Shown here piece by piece: positions 29,366 through 38,873 of a DNA stretch of 64,000 nt. The notes under the pieces were generated by a model. That model saw only the letters and a list, made by a program, of their open reading frames with translations, had not been told where the DNA came from and did no database searches. Every line of letters begins with the position of its first letter. The stretch's first letter is position 1. The translations under genes and the position numbers were made by a program. This stretch comes from an uncultured bacterium (GTDB lineage: Bacteria > Oederibacteriota > Oederibacteriia > Oederibacteriales > Oederibacteriaceae), in contig OZ218778.1 of assembly GCA_965112635.1 (NCBI GenBank), forward strand, positions 2,240,001 to 2,304,000, in the 5' to 3' direction.

Positions 29366-29448
29366 TGCCGGAGGCGGGACTTGAACCCGCATGACCTTGC
29401 GATCGGAGGATTTTGAGTCCTCTGCGTCTGCCATTCCACCACTCCGGC
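29366..29448 (-). tRNA. tRNA-Leu(CAA)
   Basis: GCCGGAG acceptor stem, GAGGA-CTCAAAA-TCCTC anticodon arm, long variable arm. Confidence 0.95.
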
Positions 29449-29533
29449 ATTATCTGATCCACTATAAAAAATAGAATATGTTTTGTTCAGAAACAACGGT
29501 TAACTCAGGCATGTCAAGCAAAAACCAGATGCT

Positions 29534-30340
29534 TCAAATAGAACTCAAATAAAAATCATCGAAGTAAAGGACGGGGTTGCTCGTTTCATTGGTCGTATCC
29601 AGAGAAAATTCTACGGCCTTGATGTCATCCGTACTCAACGAGTTCTGGGTCAATTGGTTCAAGTCCATCACGACTAGGGTGTCTTTGTTCTTGTCAAGCT
29701 TGAAGGTTTGAGAGTAAATATAGTCTTTGCTATCAATGACGGAAAGTTCAAGCGTAAGCGTTTTGTTTTGGGGATTATAGACCGAAACTTTTAGCGATTT
29801 AAAAGTTGACCAGTCATAGACAGACAACGGGGTCAAGGATTGTGTGCTCAGCACCATGGTCGATTTCCAGGTTACGGGTAAATTGCCCTGGGATATGGCG
29901 GTAATGGTCAGAAGTTTAGAATAAGACTTGGCAGAGACAGAAATGTTTGTAATTTCGGTGTAAAACGGAACGGCAGTCGAGTCAGACGAATTAAAATCTG
30001 AGGGGATCTTAAAGGTCGCCTGGCAAGACATCAGTCCGGATTTGACGTGTTGGTTCGACGGTTTTAAAACGACATAACCGTTGGTCTGCCAGTCAAAATC
30101 AGTTTTCGCATCCTCAAAATCATCCAATACCACCGTCTGCTTCTGGGGCTGGCTAAGCAAGGCCCATTTATTTTTTATATAGGTGATGGGTTTCTGTAAA
30201 ATGCTCTGGGTGTTCGGGTGTTTGATTGCTGCAGAGCCTTTTTTTGCTGGGGTGTGCCTTGGTATTGCCAACCACAGCCCAAGGAAAACTATCAGGATCG
30301 CTAGCAAGGTGATAACGATAATCGGTGCTTTTTTGTCCAT
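29534..30340 (-). CDS. Membrane-anchored protein with carbohydrate-binding (galactose-binding-like) domain
   Basis: N-terminal TM helix; VLDDFE...W...HVKSG..S; DWSTFKSL...VYNP; LYFDDFYL. Confidence 0.6.
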   Translation of the reverse strand: MDKKAPIIVITLLAILIVFLGLWLAIPRHTPAKKGSAAIKHPNTQSILQKPITYIKNKWALLSQPQKQTVVLDDFEDAKTDFDWQTNGYVVLKPSNQHVKSGLMSCQATFKIPSDFNSSDSTAVPFYTEITNISVSAKSYSKLLTITAISQGNLPVTWKSTMVLSTQSLTPLSVYDWSTFKSLKVSVYNPQNKTLTLELSVIDSKDYIYSQTFKLDKNKDTLVVMDLNQLTQNSLSTDDIKAVEFSLDTTNETSNPVLYFDDFYLSSI

Positions 30341-30368
30341 TTTGGACCCCTGCATAAACCTTAGGATT

Positions 30369-32075
30369 TTATAATGACGTTTCCAGCGAGATATCCCCCA
30401 TCTTCTCGGGGTTCTTTTCGCGCTCCTGGTCTTTCAAATATTTCTTAATGCTGAGACTGATCTTTCTCTCTTCAGGTGAAATTTTGATGATCTTCATAAT
30501 TTTCTGCTCGCCCGCCTTGAGGAAATTTTCCACTTTTGCAACCCGCTTTGTGTCTATCTGGGATATATGAAGCAGGCCTTCAATGCCCGGTTCTATCTCC
30601 ACAAAAGCCCCAAAGGTGGTAAATCTCAAAATCTTTCCCGTAACAATATCGCCCACCTTGTATTTGTTTATCACCATCGACCAAGGGTCTGGTTGCAGTT
30701 GTTTGATCCCAAGAGAGACCTTGCCGTTCTCCTTGTCGATAGACAATATAATAGCATTAACCGTATCGCCTTTTTTCAAAATCTCTTCGGTAGATATCCT
30801 GCCACTCCAGCTTATGTCGGTATTATGCACGAGACCCTCCACGCCCGGCACGATCTCCACAAAAACACCGTAGCGAACCAGGCTGGTCACGGTCCCCGTG
30901 ACCAGAGACCCCACAGAAAGATTCTCCAGGGCCGTTTCCAGGGGGTTGGGCTGCAGCTGTTTTACCCCCAGGGAAATTCGCTTAGCGGTTTTATCCACTT
31001 TTAATATTTTGACATCTATTTCCTGGTCAGCTTTTAGGTATTCTCTGGGATGGGCAGCGCTCTTATCCCAGCTAACTTCCGAAATATGGATCAACCCTTC
31101 GATCTGGTTATCTAAGCTGACAAACACGCCATAGTCAGTAATATGCCTGACGATCCCTTTGACGATCATCCCCGCCTGGTACCGGCTTTCGATCTCCTGC
31201 CAGGGGTCCTGGGCCAGCTGTTTAAGGCTCAGCGAAATTTTTCCCTTCTCCTTATCAATATTAATAACCAAAACTTCGAGCTCGTCCCCAACCTTGAGAC
31301 TTTCTGCTGGATTGCTGATCCGGTTCCAAGATATCTCGCTGACATGGAGCAGCCCGAAAACGCCGCCGATGTCCACAAAAGCACCGAAATCCGTCAAGCT
31401 TTTTACGCGGCCCTTTATCTTGTCTCCCATCTTTAAATTTTGGATCATCTGATCTTGATTTTTCTTTGCTTCTTCTTCCAGGACGGACCGGTTAGAAACC
31501 ACAACGTTCTTCCGTGCGGGGTCATACTTTATTATCCTGACTTTGAGGACACTACCCACTTGGACGTCTTCTTTGGAAGAATGCCTGTAACCAACTTGGG
31601 AGGCTGGAAGAAAAGCTTCCGTGCCAATATTACAAAGATATCCGCCTTTAATCTGCTTGACCAGCTTGGCATCCAGGATTTCCTGGCTCCGGAACTTTTC
31701 TTCCAAAGTCTGCCAGATCTTTTTCCTGTCCACGATGCTCTTGGATAGAATTACCCTGCCCTGCCGGTCTTCCTGTTGACGGATAAAAACCTCGATCTCG
31801 TCTCCTACCTTTGCGGATACCGTGCCGTCAAGCGATTTAAATTCCTCGATAGGGATGTTTCCTTCTGATTTGTATCCGATGTCCACGAATACATCTGAGT
31901 CCGTGATGCGAATAATAGTTCCTTTAACCACGCTGCCAGCCTCTTTATCTTTCATGCTCTCAGCGTAAATTTCATTATCAGGCATAACTTTAGCGTTAAT
32001 CTCAGCCTCAAGTTCGGGCATGGATTGCCCCTCGCCCTCCATGTTGTTTAGTTCGTTTTCGGTGTTGGTCTGCAT
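30369..32075 (-). CDS. rpsA: 30S ribosomal protein S1
   Basis: Six S1 repeats (VDIGYKSEG, AFLPASQ, DFGAFVDIGG, GLLHVSEISW, KISLSLKQ). Confidence 0.97.
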   Translation of the reverse strand: MQTNTENELNNMEGEGQSMPELEAEINAKVMPDNEIYAESMKDKEAGSVVKGTIIRITDSDVFVDIGYKSEGNIPIEEFKSLDGTVSAKVGDEIEVFIRQQEDRQGRVILSKSIVDRKKIWQTLEEKFRSQEILDAKLVKQIKGGYLCNIGTEAFLPASQVGYRHSSKEDVQVGSVLKVRIIKYDPARKNVVVSNRSVLEEEAKKNQDQMIQNLKMGDKIKGRVKSLTDFGAFVDIGGVFGLLHVSEISWNRISNPAESLKVGDELEVLVINIDKEKGKISLSLKQLAQDPWQEIESRYQAGMIVKGIVRHITDYGVFVSLDNQIEGLIHISEVSWDKSAAHPREYLKADQEIDVKILKVDKTAKRISLGVKQLQPNPLETALENLSVGSLVTGTVTSLVRYGVFVEIVPGVEGLVHNTDISWSGRISTEEILKKGDTVNAIILSIDKENGKVSLGIKQLQPDPWSMVINKYKVGDIVTGKILRFTTFGAFVEIEPGIEGLLHISQIDTKRVAKVENFLKAGEQKIMKIIKISPEERKISLSIKKYLKDQEREKNPEKMGDISLETSL

Positions 32076-32087
32076 GCAAAGCTCCTT

Positions 32088-32732
32088 TTAAACTTTTTCA
32101 GTTTTATTTAGATTATGTTTCAATAGCGTAATCTTTTCCATGATCGCATCGCTTATTTTCTGGAACGCTTCCTTGTTACTTGGCATTGAATAAAAAGATT
32201 CTAATGTTATTGGCTCTCCAAAACAAACAAATATTTTACTTAATTTTAACATTTTCCTTGTTCTGGGAAGGGCCTTAAATGTTCCCTCCACATAAACAGG
32301 CACAACAGGAACCCTGGATTCCAGGGCCATGATCCCCATCCCCCTTTTGGCTTTTTGTAGATTTCCGTCACTAGTCCTGGTGCCCTCTGGGAACAACAAT
32401 ACCGCCCCCCCTTGCTCCATGACCTGTTGGGCGCTATGAAATGCCCCCAGATCAGCACTCCCTCTTTTTACGGGAATGGAATGCACTTTCCTGATGATGG
32501 CTCCAAAAATCTTGTTGGTGAACAAAGTATCCCTGGCCAGGTAATAGATCTGCCTGTTCGTTACAGCTGTGCCTACGACAATGGGATCCAAAAAGCTCGC
32601 GTGGTTGGACGCCAAAATAAGCGGTCCTTTTTTTGGTATATGATTCAGGCCAATAACTTTCAATCTGTAAAAAATCTTAAAAAACAGCCAAAAAATAATA
32701 TGTGCCGCTGAGTAGAGGTACGATCTCTTCAT
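32088..32732 (-). CDS. plsC: 1-acyl-sn-glycerol-3-phosphate acyltransferase
   Basis: SNHASFLDP, LFPEGTR, VPVVPV. Confidence 0.92.
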   Translation of the reverse strand: MKRSYLYSAAHIIFWLFFKIFYRLKVIGLNHIPKKGPLILASNHASFLDPIVVGTAVTNRQIYYLARDTLFTNKIFGAIIRKVHSIPVKRGSADLGAFHSAQQVMEQGGAVLLFPEGTRTSDGNLQKAKRGMGIMALESRVPVVPVYVEGTFKALPRTRKMLKLSKIFVCFGEPITLESFYSMPSNKEAFQKISDAIMEKITLLKHNLNKTEKV

Positions 32733-33391
32733 GCTTTACCTTTTACCACGCTTATAATGATTTGCGCTACCTGTTCTACGGTCAGCTTGCTGGTGTCTAT
32801 ATAAAAGGCTTCCGGCACCTTGACTAGAGGTCCCATTTTTCTACTTATGTCCTCTTGATCCCTCTTAAGGATGTCCTTTTTAAGGACCTGGCGGTCAACC
32901 TCTATGCCTTTTTTTGTGAATTCCAAATAACGTCGTGTCACTCTGGCCTCGGCTTCGCAATCCAAGAAAAACTTTTTATCCGCATTGGGAAAGACTACAG
33001 ATCCTATATCTCGGCCTTCCATGACTATTGACGCAGTTTTGCCCATGGCACGCTGCATAGACACCAATATTTCCCTGACTCCCGGGTTGTTTGCAGTGTA
33101 TTCTGAGGTAAGCTTGGATATTTCAGGTGTCCGTATTTTTTCCGAAGCGTCCTTGCCGTCAATAAATAGACGCTGGTCTCCTGAAATATGTCTGAAGGAA
33201 ATATCGGTTTTTCTTGCCAATTCAAGAATTTTTTCAGTATCTTTCCAGTCCAGGCCGTTTTCCATTACCTTTAAGGTAATGGCACGGTACATGGCACCGG
33301 TATCTACGTAGATAAAGTTCATTTTGTCAGCGACAATTTTGGCTACAGTACTTTTACCAGAGCCTGCCGGCCCGTCTATGGCGATGACCAC
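32729..33391 (-). CDS. cmk: Cytidylate kinase
   Basis: IAIDGPAGSGKST, DTGAMYRA, MEGRDIG.VVFP.A. Confidence 0.97.
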   Translation of the reverse strand: MVIAIDGPAGSGKSTVAKIVADKMNFIYVDTGAMYRAITLKVMENGLDWKDTEKILELARKTDISFRHISGDQRLFIDGKDASEKIRTPEISKLTSEYTANNPGVREILVSMQRAMGKTASIVMEGRDIGSVVFPNADKKFFLDCEAEARVTRRYLEFTKKGIEVDRQVLKKDILKRDQEDISRKMGPLVKVPEAFYIDTSKLTVEQVAQIIISVVKGKA

Positions 33392-33621
33392 AATTTTGCT
33401 TTCCTTAAGATGGTTTCTATCAGATGCGCAATAATTTGTTTTACATTATTCAATAAATTATTACAATCACATTAATTACCAGTTTCAAAAAAGACCTTTG
33501 GTTTCCATTAAATAATAGCTTCAACTTCTATAACAACTCCATCAATAATAATATCGAGACAATTACCTTAATCAAATTCTGAATTGGGCTGTGCTATAAT
33601 TATCGCCAAGAGGTAGGGCCT

Positions 33622-35334
33622 ATGAGAAAGCAGTCCATTCTAATCTGGGCCATTTTCGCGGCCCTGTTTTTTCCCAGTTTTGCCCATTCTGACTATTGGG
33701 TCGACCGTCATGGCACCTTAAGCCCGAATGGAGACCTCCCCAAAGGCACCCGTTACCAGCCCAGTTTCAACCTAAACCTTGGCGATACCCAGTTGCTTTG
33801 GAAAGCCGACCAACTGCAAACCCGTAAGAACTTTGCCACGGCGACCTCTCCGACCATAGCCAACTCCACGGTATTCGCCACCATGGATAATACTCTTTAC
33901 GCCTGGGATTTGAATACAGGCGCGGTCAAACCAGGTTACCCCATAGCCCTGACCACCGCCGCCGGCATGACCAGCCCTATCCTGGCCAACGGCATTGTTT
34001 ACGCCGGCACAGGTGCCGCCATCTACGCCTGGACGCAGGATAAGGGCGTCCTGGTTAAGGGCTTTCCGGTCACCTTAAACGGCACGGTCTGGGCGCCTCC
34101 CCTGGTCCTGTCCGGCCTTCTTTATGAACCTTGCTCGGATTCAAAAATATACGCCTGGAACTGCCAGACCGGAGGATTGCTGTCCGGTTTCCCCGTGAGC
34201 ACGGGCAATGTCAGTTCCATGCCTTTGGACGCCGCTTCCCTGACGACTCCAGGCGGCATCTTGTCCCTGGTCTTCCAGACTTCCCTGGACGGCAGGGTCT
34301 ATGGATGGCCTCTCGGCCTTCCGGTCACGGCTACGGGTTTTCCCCTGAACACCGGCAAAAGTTTTAACGCCTCTCCCGTCATCTACCATGGCTGTCTTTA
34401 CGCCGCCACCGTGGACGGCAGATTATACGGCTGGAACCTTTTGACCGGCAATCCTGTGGCCGGATTTCCCCTGACCCTGACAGCCGGGAGCTTTTCCTGT
34501 CCGGCCATTGCCAACGGCAACATCTATGTCGGTACTCTGGATAATAAAGTTTTTGGGTTCAATATCGCCAGCGGTTCCCTGCTGCAGGGATTCCCGGTCA
34601 GCGTCAAAGGCAGTATCAGCTGTTCCCCGGCTGTGGCCAACAATGTGGTCTATATCGGCGATTCGACCAACACCCTTTACGCTATCAGCGCGGTGAACGG
34701 CCAGGTCCTGTGGAGCTACGCCATCCCGGTCGTCGTGGACAAGGCCGGGTTTAACCTGTCCTCGCCGGCCTTGGCTGACAACAGGGTGGTGGTCCTCTCC
34801 GCTTCGGCCAAGGGATTGTATGTTTTCGGCGACCCCCGGCAGCCGACCTCCACGCTGACCCCCAGCGTCACTCCCACGGCAACTGCGACCACGACTCCGA
34901 CCCCCAGCCTCCTGGCTATCTGCATGTCCAGACCCTGCGGATCAAGGACCACCTCCGCGACCTTGACCCTGACCAGCAGCCCCACCAGCACGGCCACGGT
35001 CACCCCTACCCTGACGCCTGTTATCGCGGCCTTGGACGTGCAGAACGTGATAGCCTATCCCAACCCTTTCAAGACGGGTGACATCATCAACCTGAGCTAT
35101 GTCCTGCCCACTTCGGACACGGACAAGGTGACCATCAAGATCTATACCATTTCCGCCCTGCTCATCCGGGTCTTGGACGGCTGCCCCGCCAATTACGGCC
35201 TGAACGCCTGCCCCTGGGACATCAAAGACCTTAAAGGCATCGGCCTGTCCAACGGCATCTACTATTTCAGCGTCGAGGCGGTCCGGGGCAATTCCAAGGT
35301 CACGCATATTGGCAAGATAGCCATCACCCGCTAA
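33622..35334 (+). CDS. Secreted PQQ-like beta-propeller protein with T/P linker and T9SS-type-A/FlgD-Ig-like C-terminal domain
   Basis: Signal peptide; ~40-aa repeats SP....G.VY....D..LYAW...TG....GFP; C-terminal AYPNPF...IKIYT...WD.KD..G..LSNGIY...GKIAITR. Confidence 0.85.
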   Translation: MRKQSILIWAIFAALFFPSFAHSDYWVDRHGTLSPNGDLPKGTRYQPSFNLNLGDTQLLWKADQLQTRKNFATATSPTIANSTVFATMDNTLYAWDLNTGAVKPGYPIALTTAAGMTSPILANGIVYAGTGAAIYAWTQDKGVLVKGFPVTLNGTVWAPPLVLSGLLYEPCSDSKIYAWNCQTGGLLSGFPVSTGNVSSMPLDAASLTTPGGILSLVFQTSLDGRVYGWPLGLPVTATGFPLNTGKSFNASPVIYHGCLYAATVDGRLYGWNLLTGNPVAGFPLTLTAGSFSCPAIANGNIYVGTLDNKVFGFNIASGSLLQGFPVSVKGSISCSPAVANNVVYIGDSTNTLYAISAVNGQVLWSYAIPVVVDKAGFNLSSPALADNRVVVLSASAKGLYVFGDPRQPTSTLTPSVTPTATATTTPTPSLLAICMSRPCGSRTTSATLTLTSSPTSTATVTPTLTPVIAALDVQNVIAYPNPFKTGDIINLSYVLPTSDTDKVTIKIYTISALLIRVLDGCPANYGLNACPWDIKDLKGIGLSNGIYYFSVEAVRGNSKVTHIGKIAITR

Positions 35335-35500
35335 AGATCTACACCAAACCCTACCGCAGTCATATTTTTGCGTATAAAACCATCCTGGCTGTTTTTTAGG
35401 TCCAATGCGAGGGTTACCCTGCCGCACAAGAATTTGGAGTACTGGCCACCTATGCCCAAATATCCTCTACTGCGACCCCGGAGAGTACTTGGTCCATGGC

Positions 35501-35530
35501 TTGACGGCCTGAAACAGCCGGGGGTATCAT
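35501..35530 (+). promoter_or_regulatory. Putative sigma70 promoter
   Basis: TTGACG-N18-TATCAT upstream of the GGAGG RBS of 35562. Confidence 0.4.
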
Positions 35531-35561
35531 CATATTAAAAAACGAGAGGAGGAATTGCACC

Positions 35562-35879
35562 ATGCGTTGGAACCACACCATTTCTTACTTTTTCGGAGGG
35601 GCTTTTCTCAGCAATGCGGTCCCGCATTTTGTCAGCGGGATCACGGGCCACCCTTTTCAAAGCCCGTTCGCTTCTCCGCCGGGGCAGGGTTTGTCTTCCG
35701 CCCTCGTTAATGTGCTCTGGGGCTCGTTCAATCTCATTTTGGCCTACCTGCTCCTCTGCCGCGTGGGTAAGTTTGAACTTCGCCGGACCAGTCATGTCCT
35801 CGTGGCTGGCTTGGGCGCCCTGATCATGGCGGTGATGCTGGCCTATGCCTTTGGCCGTTTCTACGGTGGCATCCTCTAA
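35562..35879 (+). CDS. Small hypothetical membrane protein
   Basis: RBS GAGGAGG; three hydrophobic helices; NAVPHFVSG..G.PFQSPFA.PPG.GLSS..VNVLWG. Confidence 0.8.
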   Translation: MRWNHTISYFFGGAFLSNAVPHFVSGITGHPFQSPFASPPGQGLSSALVNVLWGSFNLILAYLLLCRVGKFELRRTSHVLVAGLGALIMAVMLAYAFGRFYGGIL

Positions 35880-35970
35880 AAACTGGCGGAAAAATAGTTG
35901 GAGGCGGGGCGATTATTTCGTGTCAATTGTCAAGAAGTAACAGGTTTCATTTCGTCTCCTCGAAGGCAGT

Positions 35971-36966
35971 TCATTGGCAGCGAACCAATACCCCATCGGT
36001 ATTGAAGGGATGGGAGCTCCCTTCAGTCAATACTGTTGCGCGTGAATTGATGCTGTTGCCGTCCTCTGACAGGGTCATACTACCCTCAACCTGACATTTC
36101 GTCCCCACTGATTCGACATCTTTTTTATAGGAGACTTTATTTTCAACGACCTTCCCGACAGAATCTGTTTTGCCCGCATAGGTCTGGATAAGGTTTTCCT
36201 CAGCATCAATACTATATTCAATGACCTGATCGGCCCGGGAGCAATCGAAGGTACTACCATGCCATATGCCCATCGTAGAATCAGAAGCAAAGTTCGGATC
36301 ATTGGAGCTTGATCTTGTTTTAGCAACGATCCATTTCCCGGCAAAAGTATGCAAACGCGAGTCAATATCCTTGAGCTCGTAGATCCTATCCTGCACTTTG
36401 CGGCTGTCCTTGGCGTGCGGTGACGAAAGCAGATAAAATTTGAGCGAGGCCATAGCCTTGGCGTAGAGATGGCGCAGCTCCAAAGTCCTGGCCAGATTAT
36501 AGTTGGCCTCCGGCCACCAGGGTGCTAAAAGCAAAGCCTTTTGGTAGTTTCCGATGGCCCTGTCGTAATCCCCGTCCGCTTTGGCTTTTTTTACCGCGCT
36601 GTTGGCCATGACAAAATACTCCCTGGCCTCTTCGGGTATGGCGGGCTTTTCTTTTAGGGCCAACTTGATGACCTTTTCGCGCAACTCCTGGTCCTCGGGA
36701 TATTCCTTCAGGTCAGCCAGGTATTGCTTCAAAGTCCCCTTGGTCCTCAGGGGCGCTTTGGGTTTTTCAGCCGGGGTAGAGGTCAGAGCAGGTTCCTGGC
36801 TGGTGTCTGAGGTAGTGGGGGAGGCAGTCACATTATGGGCTTTAGTCTTATCCAGAGACTCCCTCAATAGGTCCTCGAGAGACCCGGCCACTGCCGTCCG
36901 GGTCACAAGAACAGCCAGACAGACCACACCCAGGAGCAAGACCATCCGCCCCAATATTTTTTTCAT
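35971..36966 (-). CDS. Exported TPR-containing protein
   Basis: Signal peptide, RBS AGGAGG; TPR AIGNYQKALLLAPWWPEANYNL; beta-rich C-terminal domain. Confidence 0.75.
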   Translation of the reverse strand: MKKILGRMVLLLGVVCLAVLVTRTAVAGSLEDLLRESLDKTKAHNVTASPTTSDTSQEPALTSTPAEKPKAPLRTKGTLKQYLADLKEYPEDQELREKVIKLALKEKPAIPEEAREYFVMANSAVKKAKADGDYDRAIGNYQKALLLAPWWPEANYNLARTLELRHLYAKAMASLKFYLLSSPHAKDSRKVQDRIYELKDIDSRLHTFAGKWIVAKTRSSSNDPNFASDSTMGIWHGSTFDCSRADQVIEYSIDAEENLIQTYAGKTDSVGKVVENKVSYKKDVESVGTKCQVEGSMTLSEDGNSINSRATVLTEGSSHPFNTDGVLVRCQ

Positions 36967-37027
36967 AACGCCTCCTGTGTTTTAATGAGAAGCAAGTTCA
37001 TCGTCTTTTTCTGAAAGCCCAGGCCGG

Positions 37028-37942
37028 TCAGGGGGCGTAATTGAAAACGCCGCCGGACCTATGTTTGGAAATATTCATCCCCACGGTATAGGACCAGGGA
37101 GCGGTAACGCTATTTCTGACGACCCATCCCGCGCAAACAAATTTCCCGGACCCGACCGTCGCGTCCTTGAACGAATGGTTGCAATTGGCGGCAAGGGACA
37201 TATAAACATCGACATCAACCGGGTAGGCATTGTTGTTCGTGATCCAGACCCTATCTTCATTGATGCTGGCGGGCCTCTTGGTCAGAATGACCCCGTCTTT
37301 CTCTGCAATGATCTGTTCTTTTTTAGGCTGCTTGGCCTGGGGTTTTTTCCCCTCCGGAGCTGCCGCGGCCGTGTCTTCGGAAGCATCCTTGAGGCCGTCC
37401 GTGTCCTCGGAAGCATCAGCTCCTTTGAGCCCTAAACTGTCGGCAGAACCGATTCCCTTTTCTCCCGTGCTTTCTTCCTCGTCCGGGGAACCCCCTTTCA
37501 TTTCACCCAGGGCTTGTTTCTTGTTCTGATCAAACTCCACTTGCCGGCGTTTTTCTTCCGCGGCCCGCCTTTCCTCCGCTGCCTTGGCCTCGTCCGCGTC
37601 CTTTTTTTCCGCTCCCATGCGGCGCGCTTCCGCGGCCTCACGGTCCTGTTCTCCTCTTTGTTGTGAATTATCACTGCCCCCAAAGATCCCCTGCCCAATG
37701 GAGTATCCTAAATTATAAGCGGCATTCCCAACCGCGTCCGAACCGCCGCCGCTGCCGGAAGAACCCCCTTGACTATCACATCCATGAGCGGCCATTTCGG
37801 CAGAGGTACATTCCCCCTCCCAATAAATGGCGTGTCCGTTCTTCATACAGCCGCAACTGCCGGCCATGGCCAGGGGGCAATGAACAAGGGAGACTATCAG
37901 GACGGCTAACAGGCTAAATGAGGATTTATTGGGTTTTTCCAT
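37028..37942 (-). CDS. Hypothetical exported protein (Cys-rich N-terminus, Gly linker, coiled coil, beta-rich C-terminus)
   Basis: Signal peptide ending AMA; CGC..C..C; AEE/RR coiled coil. Confidence 0.65.
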   Translation of the reverse strand: MEKPNKSSFSLLAVLIVSLVHCPLAMAGSCGCMKNGHAIYWEGECTSAEMAAHGCDSQGGSSGSGGGSDAVGNAAYNLGYSIGQGIFGGSDNSQQRGEQDREAAEARRMGAEKKDADEAKAAEERRAAEEKRRQVEFDQNKKQALGEMKGGSPDEEESTGEKGIGSADSLGLKGADASEDTDGLKDASEDTAAAAPEGKKPQAKQPKKEQIIAEKDGVILTKRPASINEDRVWITNNNAYPVDVDVYMSLAANCNHSFKDATVGSGKFVCAGWVVRNSVTAPWSYTVGMNISKHRSGGVFNYAP

Positions 37943-37978
37943 AATTGGCCGGATTATAGCACCAGTTAAATGAGGTGC

Positions 37979-38052
37979 AATCTTAGGTCAAAAACTTAGG
38001 TCAAATCTTAGGTCAAACATGGGGGGTCGTTTTGACCTAAGTTTAGGTCAAA
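37979..38052. repeat. Cluster of five TTAGGTCAAA motifs (four direct, one inverted)
   Basis: CTTAGGTCAAA at 37982, 37995 and 38007; TTTGACCTAAG at 38031; TTAGGTCAAA at 38043. Confidence 0.9.
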
Positions 38053-38057
38053 GACAC

Positions 38058-38843
38058 TTACTCCTCGTAGATCATCTTAATGGTCATGCCGCCGTCCGCC
38101 ACCAGATTCTGGCCGGTGATAAAGCCGGCCTTTTGGCCTGAGGCCAGGAAAAGGCACGCCTGGGCAATATCCTCCGGCCTGACCACCCTGCCGGCCGGGT
38201 GCTGGCTATGGTCCCTGGCAGTAAGCTTGGCCTTTTTAGGAGGCACCTGCCAGGCCGAGGTGTCGATCCAGCCCGGGCTGACGCAGTTCACCCTCACCCC
38301 GTGCTTTCCCAGGGTGACAGCCAGAGAATGGGTCAAAGCAAGCAAGCCGCCTTTGGAGGCCGAATACGGCTCTGTGTCCGGTTCGCTCATCAAAGCGCGG
38401 GTGGAGGCGATATGGATGATGCTTCCGCCCGTCCGGCTGAGACTCTTGGCCAGGAGCTGGGAGCACAGGTAGGCGGCTTTTAAGTTCACGCTGAGGACCC
38501 TGTCCCATTCCGCCACAGGCCTGTTCTGTAACCTCGTCTGCCAGGCCATGCCCGCGTTGTTGATGAGCACATCCGCTCTTTGGAATCGGCTGAGGACCGT
38601 ACTGATGAACCTCCGGACATCCGCCTCTTTTCCCATATCCGCCCTGATGAACAGGACCTCCCCATTCCCCAGCCCGTACTTTTGTCTGAGGAGCTTTTGT
38701 CTCCATTTCCCGGCTTTGGCGTCACAGTCGGAAAATGCCACCCTGGCGCCGGAGCTCAAAAAGACGTCCACCACGCAGGCACCAATGCCTTTGGCCCCGC
38801 CGGTCACGACCACGACCTTATCTACAAACTCCCTGTTTTTCAT
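38058..38843 (-). CDS. SDR family oxidoreductase
   Basis: VTGGAKGIG, LINNAG, IASTR, YSASKGG, VNCVSPGWI. Confidence 0.93.
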   Translation of the reverse strand: MKNREFVDKVVVVTGGAKGIGACVVDVFLSSGARVAFSDCDAKAGKWRQKLLRQKYGLGNGEVLFIRADMGKEADVRRFISTVLSRFQRADVLINNAGMAWQTRLQNRPVAEWDRVLSVNLKAAYLCSQLLAKSLSRTGGSIIHIASTRALMSEPDTEPYSASKGGLLALTHSLAVTLGKHGVRVNCVSPGWIDTSAWQVPPKKAKLTARDHSQHPAGRVVRPEDIAQACLFLASGQKAGFITGQNLVADGGMTIKMIYEE

Positions 38844-38873
38844 AGTTTCGCTCTCCTTCTAAAAGCAAAAATA

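Noticed and set aside
28431-29448. Tyrosine recombinase beside tRNA-Leu as a prophage/island integrase
   Set aside because: Has XerD-specific features (about 300 aa, GADLR.VQ.MLGH, C-terminal HPR), sits with scpAB, and no att duplication or phage genes were seen
35452-35538. Short ORF MPKYPLLRPRRVL... resembling a HicA toxin N-terminus
   Set aside because: Only about 12 residues of similarity, no HicA core (G-S-H) and no HicB; at best a remnant
37979-38052. Repeat cluster as a mini-CRISPR
   Set aside because: Units are 10-14 bp with no spacer-sized gaps, and no cas genes are present
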